A stretch of DNA of 63,908 nucleotides, taken from positions 95,621,391 through 95,685,298 of the forward strand of contig NC_068981.1 in the NCBI RefSeq assembly GCF_001194135.2, written 5' to 3'. The DNA comes from Octopus bimaculoides. Taxonomy: Eukaryota. Below are positions 42,496 through 53,394 of this stretch, piece by piece. How positions within the stretch are numbered: the stretch's first letter is position 1; each line of letters opens with the position of its first letter. The position numbers were made by a program, and so were the translations under genes. The notes beneath the pieces were generated by a model. It did no database searches and was not told the DNA's origin. It saw nothing but the letters and a program-made list of their open reading frames with translations.

Positions 42496-42609
42496 ACAAG
42501 AATGTTGTTGACAGTGACTTTGAAGTTTTAATCACATAAGCCATCATTGGACTGTTGATGATGGCTTAGCTGGTTGAAACTTTGAAGTCACTGTCAACGA
42601 CATTCTTGT
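42496..42609. mobile_element. Second palindrome with a different decayed hammerhead-like motif (probable PLE remnant)
   Basis: 53-bp arms (42496-42548, 42557-42609), 8 differences. Plus copy 42555-42595: TTGATGA T GGC TTAGCTG GTT GAAA CTTTGAAG TC ACTGTC. AATAAA at 42618-42623. Confidence 0.55.
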
Positions 42610-42721
42610 TTAAGAATAATAAATTTGTACTCTACAAAAGTATAGAATAACCCATTAGATGGATGTAAAATTGCTTTTATTATAACCAAACATAAAAACA
42701 AACAATTATATATTTATATAT

Positions 42722-42959
42722 ATAATATTAATTAACAGGAGATGAATTTGATATTAAATCTTTATTGGGTGCAACATATGTTTTGACCCATCAGTTTGGG
42801 TCTCATCAGGTACATCAATAAAGATATGTCTCACTAAAAATCTGTAGTAAGACATATCTTTATCAATGTACCTCATGAGACCCAGACTGATGGGTCAAAA
42901 CATATGTTGTACCCAATAAAGATTTAATACCAAATCCATCTCCTGCTAATTAATATTAT
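42722..42959. mobile_element. Palindromic Penelope-like-element remnant with two inverted, decayed minimal hammerhead ribozyme motifs
   Basis: 115-bp arms (42722-42836, 42845-42959), 9 mismatches, no indels, 8-nt loop. Minus copy 42813-42769: gtac CTGATGA GACCC aaactgat GGGTC AAAA CATATG TT gcac. Plus copy 42868-42912: gtac CTCATGA GACCC agactgat GGGTC AAAA CATATG TT gtac, followed by AATAAA. Confidence 0.7.
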
Positions 42960-43689
42960 TACCCTAACTGCCACTGCAGAGTTCCTGAAGTAGATCCAAC
43001 ATGACTGTGGATGGCAATAGGTAGCCTAAACTGTGCCAGTGCTCTACTCAATATTTAAACACACTAACTGACTTATACTTATTTGTCCAAATTATTTATT
43101 TATTATTATTATTATTATTAAATATATATATATATGTAAATGTAAGTTATGTTTTTTATGATTTTCATACTAGACAAACTGTACTTAAGCAAAATCTCTA
43201 ACATTTATAATATTTTAATATTGTATAGCAAAAAGAGAAATTGTTAAATTTAAATAAGATAAACTAAAATTTCTAACAGGATTGGCAGACTTATACAGAG
43301 AAAATACAATAGGACTTAAAGAGTTAACAGACAAAAGTTTTGAAAAACTGGATTTTCTCCATCAGCTAAGTCATATTTAATTTAAAATATGATCAAGATT
43401 TGATTACAACAGTTTAGAAATCATGACTATCCCAAAAATAATGAATACAGGTTGATAAAATGAAGAGTCATACTGGCATAGATGTGGCTGTATTATATCC
43501 ACAGGTGTGGCTGTATTATACATACAGGTGTGGCTGGGACTGCATTATAAAATATTTACTTCTCAATCACTGGTCTCATGTTCAGTCATACTGTTTGGCA
43601 CCTTGGCAAGCATCTTCTGCTATGGCACAGGGCCAACCAAAGCCTTGTGAGTGGGTTTAGTAGACAGAGACTAAAATAAGCCCAAACGC

Positions 43690-43830
43690 TGATGCTGGTG
43701 GCACATAAAAAAGCACTGGTGTCACATAAAAAGCATTGGTGCTGGTGTCATGTAAAATGCACTATTGTTGGTGCCATGTAAAAAGCACTGGTAATGGTGC
43801 CACATAAAAAGCACCCAGTACATTTGTAAA
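43690..43830. repeat. Short tandem repeats (about 5 units of ggtgYcacataaaaagcact) in an RTE 3' UTR
   Basis: Directly visible repeated 20-30-bp units upstream of an RTE tail. Confidence 0.65.
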
Positions 43831-44660
43831 GTGGTTTGTGTTAGGAAGGGCATCTAGCAGTAGAAACCATGGCAAAACAGACAGTGGAACCTGGTGCAGC
43901 CCCAGCCTTCCCAGCTCCTATCAAGCCATCTAACTCATGCCAGCATGGAAAACGGACATAAGGTGATGTTGATGATGATATGTATGTGTACATATGCTCT
44001 GTGAGTGTGTTACTGTCTCCTTGCTTTGATTTCACATGACAATTGTAAATGAATTTTACCACCATGTGCTTCATTACCAATTTTCTGTGAAAGCATGTCT
44101 GATCGTGGAGAAGTATTACCTAACTTGGTAACAGGTGAAGGTTGGTGACAGGATGGGCACCAGCTATAACAAATCTGCCTCAACAAATTCCATCCAACCC
44201 ATGCAATCATGGGAAAGTATGCATTAAATAATAATGATGATAATGAATAATGAAATTAGGACAAATAAGGATCAGCCACATTACAAGTCTAAATACAGCA
44301 AAACATTAAAAGCAGCATAGAATTATGAGTTCAAATGCTCTGTAGTTGGATTTTGAAGATAGCTTGAGGGTAAGAAAACTATTAAATACTGACAAAAGGA
44401 AAGTAGAATAATTACAAGAGAAATGTAGGTAAAATAAGCAAATGCAGATATGCTGCTGTTGAAACTGACTGTGTCAAGGTTAAACATGAAAGAAAAGATT
44501 TAAGCTCTAGAGTACAGTCAGAGTAGCAAGATAAAAGTGTTTATAGTAGTTATGAGATAATGGTTGCTGGCACCAATTCTATTTAGAGAGAAAACAAGAT
44601 TTAAAATACCAGGATGAAAAATATCAACACAAAAAGAAACAGATACAAAAAGTGAAAATT

Positions 44661-44701
<41 letters not shown>

Positions 44702-45804
44702 ACAAAATGTAAATTAACGAGCAGACATTCATTGAGAAGATCTGTGAAAAAGTCTAAAATTTGACACACACACATCTACAAACAGGTATCTAGGTAAGCA
44801 TGCAATCATGTTGCAGGTAGCATTTAGCAGCTTAAAGGAAAGAAGGGCAACAGCTTATACCAACAAATATGGACATGTGAGCCTCAACTGCTAAACTGAA
44901 ACAGTACACAGGGAAAAAAAGATTATTTTTCCAAGGTCATCACCTTTATCGTGTACAATTAGATTATTATGATTTCTTTGGCCCATCTACAAGATTTTTT
45001 GTGCAGTTTATCAACACCACTCTCTAACTGGTACATATTTCATTAAAAACAAAAGCAATATGCTGCTGGAATACAGTGAATAGAAAGCTATTGAAGTCAT
45101 TGTGATGAATAAGGTTAAAATTCTTGTTCTAGTTTATCTTACTTAAATTTAGCAATTTCTTTTTTGCTATACAATATGAATGTTATTCAGTTATATTTAC
45201 AATAACAAAAGAACCTTGTAAGATCTAGATATATTCTCAATTCTTATACATATACTATTATAAATATGGTCTTAGTAAATACCTTTTTCCCACTATTATC
45301 ACTATTCAACTATTGAAATACAAACAGTACATGGTTTAGTAGGAAATAATAACTACAACTAACCAATGTAGCACATTTGCTCAAAGTACTCAGCAGCCAC
45401 TGGAAACAAGCTCAGAACTACATGATTGCAAATCAAAGCTCTTAACAACCATATGTACTCTGAGTTGAAATCCTGGTGAGAGGTGAACTTTGCCTTTTGT
45501 CCCTTCAGGGTTAATAAAGTATGTTCTCTCACTCTTTATCATTCTATCTCTCTCTCTCTCTATCTATCTATCTCTTGTCACAACCATATGGCCTGAAAAT
45601 TACCTTAAAGAGTATACAAGTCTGTGGAATATTTCAGCTGTTTACAGATTAATTTCATGAGTAGGAATTCAGTTAATCAAATAAATACAGGTTTATCACT
45701 GAAACCAATGGAGAATTCACTAGCACATATAAGTTTCCAGTACTGGGTTCAAAATCTCTCCATTGGTTACTAATAATAATAATGAGAAAACAGACATCAC
45801 CAGT

Positions 45805-45996
45805 AGAATTATTACCGTCAAATGTAATGCTTATATTATTCATGTTGTTTTGAATTGATCATGCATTATCTCGTAGAGTTTGATTCTTCTTTAGAATGAC
45901 ATTGTGGGGTAGGTGTGAGAGGCTAGATCTTGCCAGTTTGAACACAAGACAGAATATTTTAGCCAGATATGGTCAGTTTAAATGGTAAAGGGCTAA
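45805..45996. mobile_element. piggyBac-type MITE, 5'-truncated copy
   Basis: Body and AATGGTAAAGGGCTAA end similar to 48532-48753. Confidence 0.55.
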
Positions 45997-48531
45997 GCTT
46001 GACACAGTTACAGTCACTCAGTGGGACAAATTCTCCATTCCACAAGCACAACAAAACTTCACAAAAAGTAATTCAGTAATTATTCTTAATTAGTATAAAT
46101 GGTGTAAATGGTCTAATATTCTCAACTTATTTGACTCTCCCACACAGCATCAACCCTGAAGTATGTTAATATGTAAATGTATAACGTATCTGAAAGAACA
46201 GTACCCTCTCTAATTAGTTCAATAACAGATTAATAGTCATCTTTGGTAATCATGGTAATCATGGAAAGTTATTGCTCTAAACAACAGCAAAATATTCACT
46301 AAAGTCTGGCATAAAAATCTCGAAATAATTAGCAACAACATCTAAACTCATGGGCCAACCAGAGGTCCTCCATACTAGGGGTTCTCAAACAGGGTCCATA
46401 TAAGATTTTCTTGACAAAATTTATCTGCAATGAATTGGTTATACTTCTATGATACACAAAATATTAAAATTTTTTTATACAATTCCTAATAATATTTTAT
46501 TCTAAAAATACAGTAGTATGTTTTTTATGAACATTGAATGGTTATGGAGGTTCAGTAGAGTAAAATAGGAACCAAAGGATCACTGCAAATTGGACATGAA
46601 ATAGGAGCTAGCTTGACCAAAAGACTAATATTCCACTGTGATTCTGTAGGATGTTGTTGCTGAGAGGTATTGACTTAAGCAGATGTAGTTGGATGATCAT
46701 GTACTCAATCTTGTTCTGCATTTCCTTATTGAGTGTTTTTTGCTTCACCTGGTTTTGCTACATAATTTAACAAAGTCCTAGACACAATGTGCCTGAATGA
46801 AAGCTTGGATGGTCATGGTTGGAACACTTTTTTATCACAGATCTGCTAGGTGAGAGCTGAGCTTGGTTTAAATGACTTCCAAACTCTTCTAAAAGTGAAG
46901 AGGAGAAAAAAGACCATTTACAAGAGGAAGCATTGCGCATAAATGCTGTCTCAAAATTACCACCTCTGGAGATCATTCTCAAAATAGCAAACAATCAAAA
47001 GCATAAGCTTCCTGCTTTAAATTTTGAGTAATTTATGATCTATGGTCAAGTTATTCAAAAAATAGCTTTTACATGGTTGCAGTTCCTGATGAAGCAGTTA
47101 AAAATCAAGCTATTTTGCACGTAATGAATATCATAAAAAACAGTTATATGATGAATGTGTAAGCTAGGAAAATATTGAAAGTTATTATAAAAATATTAAT
47201 AAAAAAAATTGCTATTATAGGTAGAAACAGAAATCTAATTAATAGAAAAAAAATTAATTTACATTTAACCCTAATTGCATTTAGCAGACAGACAACAACT
47301 GGTGAGAAGGGGTGATTTTTCTATACATTCAACCACACATGGACTTTAAACTATAGACCAAAATATGCCTAGAACAGTATATATATNNNNNNNNNNNNNN
47401 NNNNNNNNNNNNNNNNNNNNNNNNNNNNNNNNNNNNNNNNNNNNNNNNNNNNNNNNNNNNNNNNNNNNNNNNNNNNNNNNNNNNNNNNNNNNNNNNNNNN
47501 NNNNNNNNNNNNNNNNNNNNNNNNNNNNNNNNNNNNNNNNNNNNNNNNNNNNNNNNNNNNNNNNNNNNNNNNNNNNNNNNNNNNNNNNNNNNNNNNNNNN
47601 NNNNNNNNNNTAAAAGTTAATACTAGGTAGAGTGTCAGGGCTGTAGTATCATGTTCTTATTGGAGTAGCTGGTGTTAATTAATACTGACATGTCATACTG
47701 CTATCACTTATCAAGTTAATGATATCAATTTCTTATTTCAAATTTACAATACAGTTTTAGCTCTATCAGCTTCAAAATGTTTTAAGATTTTCTTTTTACA
47801 ATGTTTGATAATTTTCTGCTCACAATATAGCAAATATTCCACTAGTGTTTTCCTTGTTTTTTTTTATTATTATTATTAATTTTATCTCTCATAAAGGAAT
47901 GACAAAGGTAATTCATCTACAAGAAGGTTTACTCTGTAATAAAATTAATGCATCAGTGTTGGGAGTCAACAACCTCTTTACTTTGACAGCATGATAAAAT
48001 ACACATGGCTCATTCTGTTACATATGTTGGTGCCATGAAGGGCATCTAACTGTAAAAGATGATAGATGATGATAATGACGATAAAATGAAGAGGACATTG
48101 ACATCATTGTGACAAGGATAACAGTAATGGTGGAGATAATGACAAAGGTGGATTTGTTGTTGAATAGCCTCAAGCAGACCTACTGCAGCATAGTGGTGAT
48201 GACCAATCTAACATTTAAGAACAGCCTATCATTGCAGATAAAATAATGCATCAGTTAGATTGCATAATTTTTTTAACCTATGGAGATTCTACAGATATTC
48301 TGACATGTCTGAACAGTTTAAACTTTCTAAACATTCTCTCACCAACCCATCTGCAAATCTAGAAAATGTAAATGTTATTTTACAGATGATTGCTGTAATG
48401 AACTGAAATCCATCTATCAAGACAAAATCTTCGATGATGCCTGAATGACATATAAGTTTTGAAATTTATTATTTTATCTCATGAAAGATGTCAAAAAGCA
48501 AGCAGAAATTACTACACAATATAGAAATCCA

Positions 48532-48753
48532 TTAACCCTTTAGTATTCACATTATTCTGTCAAAAGTAATGCTTATTTATTCACACTGTTTTAAATTATT
48601 GATGCATTATTTTGTAGCTTTGAGATGAGGTAACTGTTAATTTTTAGAATGATATTGTAGGGTTGGTGTGAGAGGCCAGATCTGGCCAGTTTGAACATAA
48701 AACAGGTAGAATATTTTGGCTGGATATGGCCGGTTTAAATGCTAAAGGGCTAA
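48532..48753. mobile_element. piggyBac-type MITE
   Basis: TTAA-CCCTTTAGTATT ... AATGCTAAAGGG-CTAA ends. The internal sequence is shared with copies at 2133-2311 and about 45805-45996. Confidence 0.7.
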
Positions 48754-48832
48754 TAGATGAAACTCAGAAGGATTGCTCCTTGCTTAGTGATGGTACTTTG
48801 GCAAACAATAGCAACAAAAACATTGTACTTAC

Positions 48833-48903
48833 CCTTCCCTGAGAACATGGTATTCAAAATATTCAACAGCTGCCTTAATACCAATAAATATGTGTTTCAT
48901 CAG
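48833..48903 (-). CDS. Candidate 71-nt exon of an unidentified gene in the 17.5-50.8 kb block
   Basis: Strong acceptor ttttttttctgtattttattag| and donor AGG|GTAAGT. Only one frame is open: LMKHIFIGIKAAVEYFEYHVLREG. No family recognised. Confidence 0.45.
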
Positions 48904-49207
48904 CTAATAAAATACAGAAAAAAAATGCCCATTTTAGAAAAGGATTAGCAAGACTGGGAATAAAACTTCCCTACAAATCTCATCTGTAATTGTCTCTAGT
49001 TCCATAACAGTTGAATGTGAAACTTTTATCAAAACATTTTACGTAAAAGAAATAAATTGCATTCCAAACAGCAGATTAATGTAGTATTAAAAAAAATGAT
49101 ATTATTTAATTAAAACACTCAAAGTTCTTATTTTTCAACTATATGACTTATAAGTAGAAAACAAGCATCCATTATTTTTAGGAAGCGCCACTGTAACTGA
49201 AGGGAGG

Positions 49208-49244
<37 letters not shown>

Positions 49245-49659
49245 GAAAAGATTTGTGGGTTATTTAGCTAATATCAGCACTTATCAGTTTTTATTCCCTG
49301 GACATAAAGTATCCTGATAGCATTGTCCTTATTTTGAAGATGATATAGTGTAATTTGAGGGAGATAAGGGTGCTATTTCTAGCAGGTTGAGCAACCATAA
49401 TAAAAAAGGAACACATAAGGAGTTATCTTCAGACAGGAGTCCTGGTCTGAAAGATGGCATTGTTAATCTGGGTGACATATCAAATGTAATGCTCAAGAAC
49501 AAGAGTGAGCCATCTGCTGAGTTTTATGCTTAGTTTTTGTTTATTCAATTTTACTCAAAAGGTTTGTTTAGATATAAGGATATAGTAGAGGACACTTGCC
49601 CAGAATTGTGTGATTGCAAAACCAACTTCTTAATAAAAAAAAAAAAAAATCTTTCCATT

Positions 49660-49870
49660 GTGTGGTAAGTAGCTTGCTTACCAACCACATGGTTCCGGGT
49701 TCATTCCCACTGCATGGCACCTTGGGCAAGTGTCTTCTACTATAGCCTCGGGCCGACCAAAGCCTTGTGGGTGGATTTGGCAGACGGAAACTGAAAGAAG
49801 CCNNNNNNNNNNNNNNNNNNNNNNNNNNNNNNNNNNNNNNNNNNNNNNNNNNNNNNNNNNNNNNNNNNNN

Positions 49871-49917
<47 letters not shown>

Positions 49918-50125
49918 GTATGTGTGTGTATATGTTTGTGTCTGTGTTTGTCCCCCCAATATCGCTTGACAACCGATGCTGGTGTGTTTACATCCCTGTA
50001 ACTTAGTGGTTCGGCAAAAGAGATTGATAGAATAAGTACTATGCTTCCAAAGAATAAGTCCTGGGGTCGATTTGCTCGACTAAAGGCTGTGCTCCAGCAA
50101 GGCCACAGTCAAGTGACTGAAACAG
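49660..50125 (+). mobile_element. tRNA-derived SINE family A, near full length, with central (TA)n and gap
   Basis: Same head as 58067, then tgtgtttgtcccc...gcttgacaaccgatgctggtgtgtttac...gactgaaaca tail. Confidence 0.85.
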
Positions 50126-50810
50126 TATTTGATCCTCCTATCTATCACATCTCAGGTGACTATTACTAATTATACCATACAGAACTTGATTATTTTGAAA
50201 ATTCATCTAAATACATGAGTAGGAAATAAATAAATGATTTTGTGATTCACTAAAATGCTTCCAATGTCATCAGACCATTTGAGACTTCTTGTGGAACTGG
50301 ATATAATAGCAATTTCATCTTTGGTGCCCTGTCTCTGACCAAAGGCATCACTATATATTCAGTATATTTTTAGCCATTACAGAGTAGTTAGCAGACAGTA
50401 GCAGTGAACCAGCAGCAAACCAGAGCAGGATTACAATATAAAAGCAATGGACTGCGACAGTAGTAACACACTGTGACCAACTAACTTCAAGAAACTCTCA
50501 ATGGTGACGAGTATCATACCTAGTTCAACAACAACTCATATAAACTTTGGTCTATCTTGGAGTAAACATCATTTCTGTGTCATGCATAGTAACAAAAACA
50601 TTTTTGCTCACGATAAAAATATTTTTGCATTTAAAATCACAACTAGATTTTTGTGTTCTCTATACTAACATGTTATTTCTCTTTCCCAGCAGCTTTTTAA
50701 GTCTATTTCTGAGCTATATCATTTGGTTATTTTTCATGTTTTTATTCAATTTATCTGCAATTTTCTTCTTGTATTAGATGGATAACCCACCCTCCATTTA
50801 CAGCAAGTAG

Positions 50811-50876
50811 CGCGCGTCTCGTTTTTTACCTGTGTGCTAAATTCGAATGCTTACGACTAACGCAGGCGCATGCGCA
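50811..50876 (-). promoter_or_regulatory. CpG-rich promoter-like region with an NRF1-type motif and a candidate short first-exon donor
   Basis: GCGCATGCGCA at 50866-50876 matches the NRF1 consensus (YGCGCAYGCGCR) except at the first base. CGCGCG at 50811-50816. Minus-strand donor CAG|GTAAAA at 50830/50829. Located where CpG-poor sequence changes to CpG-rich. Confidence 0.5.
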
Positions 50877-51606
50877 AATTTGTGACATGCACACTCCCAG
50901 AACTCGGATCCACACTTCTCCAGTAATGCCAAATTTTCAAACTGAGTTTGCACCCCCTAAGCAAATTTTGTTCCCGGGCCACTGTCCAACCCATGCCAGC
51001 ATGGAAAGCGGACGCTAAACGATGACAATGATGATGATGATGATATATATACACACTTTTATTGAAGCTGAAAATCTTGCATCTTTAATTAGGCATGCAG
51101 GTAAAAAAATAATAAAAACAAATTAACAATGCAAAGTTCATATTACATTCCTGATACATACATATACATACATGCATGCACACACATACATTAAATAAAT
51201 TATAAGATTTATCTCAGATTAGTTATCGTTGTCCTGTAGAAAGACTGTCATATGTCTGAAGTTATAGAATTAAGTGAAAGAGTTAATACTGGTAACTGAA
51301 ACCGAGCTTGAGTTTTTGTTCTGCAGTAGAGTACTGCATAAAGATGGAGTAAATAAAGACGATAAACCATACTAGAGCACCGTCTTTTATTTGAAGAAAT
51401 CAACGCCAGAAATTATTCTTTGGAAGCCTCGTATTAATTCTATCGCCTCTTTTTTCGAACCGCCAAGTTACAGGGGCATAATCGCATCAACATTAGTTAT
51501 CAGGCGATGGTGGGGTGACATACAGCCACACAAATACATACATTCGTATGTATATGCATGCGTGTATGTGTGTTTGCATATGTACCTACCTACCTCTCTC
51601 TCTCTC

Positions 51607-51659
<53 letters not shown>

Positions 51660-52388
51660 GTGATAATATACGGTAAAACCATATAACTGGAGAAGAGCTT
51701 ACTCTACAAGTAGAGTAAGTGGATAAATATAAACAGACCTCGTAACGATACCAGCTACCAAATGGTTTCACGGCGAATTGGGGGCCCAAGTGACCTTTGT
51801 AAAATCATTGGGGGAGAATCCCGAGCCGATTATCGAGGTCTATTTATATTTATATATATATCGTATATTTATAAAGAGGGCAAATTTAGCCTTTTTCTCC
51901 ATAGATTGGAAAAAAAAAAGATGAACAACTTTAATCGATTTCCGAACATTATTGGGTTCTCATCAGGCGTAGTGGTTCAAACATGAAAAATAGAACTTAT
52001 GTTGAGTCAGTCTCAATAAGTATAGATTTATTGATCGGCGAAAGTTATATAGTGACTGAAGNNNNNNNNNNNNNNNNNNNNNNNNNNNNNNNNNNNNNNN
52101 NNNNNNNNNNNNNNNNNNNNNNNNNNNNNNNNNNNNNNNNNNNNNNNNNNNNNNNNNNNNNNNNNNNNNNNNNNNNNNNNNNNNNNNNNNNNNNNNNNNN
52201 NNNNNNNNNNNNNNNNNNNNNNNNNNNNNNNNNNNNNNNNNNNNNNNNNNNNNNNNNNNNNNNNNNNNNNNNNNNGTGCGTATGTACATCCGTAGATTTC
52301 TAGACGGTGAAGAGAAGCCGTCATAAGAAAACTTTCGTTAAAAATAACATGCACACGATTTTTTTTTCTCAATAGAAGTAAATTCCAA

Positions 52389-52700
52389 AGTAAACGTTTC
52401 TAGTAGAGAAGTAGAAGAGAACAGGAGCAAAAATAGGAATATACACGCACGGTTAAATATAGAAACTATCACAGTGTCGCTTCCCGAAGAATTTTAAAAT
52501 GTTAGCTTTCCGAAACTTTTTTTTCAATCTTGCAAAAACACGAAGATTAAGAATAAACAGAAAAAGTACACAAATATATTTTACATACCTGTCGTATACG
52601 TCGGTTTTGTTTAAACAAACATTTTTTAACTAATACAATATTTCACATATTCCTATTTTTGCTCCTGTTCTCTTCTACTTCTCTACTAGAAACGTTTACT
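52389..52700. mobile_element. MITE with 54-bp perfect inverted ends (Tc1/mariner-like)
   Basis: 52389-52442 is the exact reverse complement of 52647-52700. The right end reads TA-CAGTAAACG on the minus strand; the left end lacks the terminal C and TA. Confidence 0.7.
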
Positions 52701-53394
52701 GTAACTGAATAAAAGTTGGGATGAGCACTACTAAAACATCATTGATTATACATCTGCTTAATCAGGGCTGATCTGGAGTGAAACAAGAACAACATGAATC
52801 ATTTGGTTTTTTTATATAGAAGTGGTACCTACATTCCCAGATTCAGTTGCATGACATTCGTTACGTCTAATCACTCGACTGTAAAATGAGTGACTACTTT
52901 AATGGAATGTTGACTGAATTATGTAGAATATTTAATAAAAGTTTGGCTAACATACAATAATAAAGAAACCAAATAACATAACAATACAGCACAAGCAGAT
53001 TTTTTTTATTAGTGGGTCAACTATACTACAGATGGATCAGAGTTAAACAGTAAAGTAGGGTATAGTAAAACTCGGAATTTTCAGAGCAATGAAAAATACG
53101 CACTTAAGATCATATAATTTTACAGTACATGAAACGTTTTACAGTATGGTGTGGTGGAGTATGATAAGATTGTTAGATTCTGCTCAAAAATTACCATACA
53201 AAACTAGCTTTCTATTTACTGATAGTTTATCAAATCTAAGAACTATTTCAATCAAGAAAAAGAGATTAATTGAAAGATTAAGAGTATCTTGTTAAAATAG
53301 AAAAATATTTTTGTGAAAATAATAAACAAGTAATGATAAATTAGAAAGTCATACATATATGATTGTATCTCTCTCTCTCTCTCTCATTAGTGTT

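Noticed and set aside
43690-43830. Repeat-spacer-like pattern suggesting CRISPR
   Set aside because: Eukaryotic context, degenerate units with no unique spacers of constant length, no cas genes; part of an RTE 3' UTR.
51925-51975. Minus-strand CTGATGA-GAAC..GTTC-GGAAA-TCGA-TT, a hammerhead-like string
   Set aside because: Extra G before GAAA and no stem I pairing; insufficient to call, though worth including in an Infernal scan.
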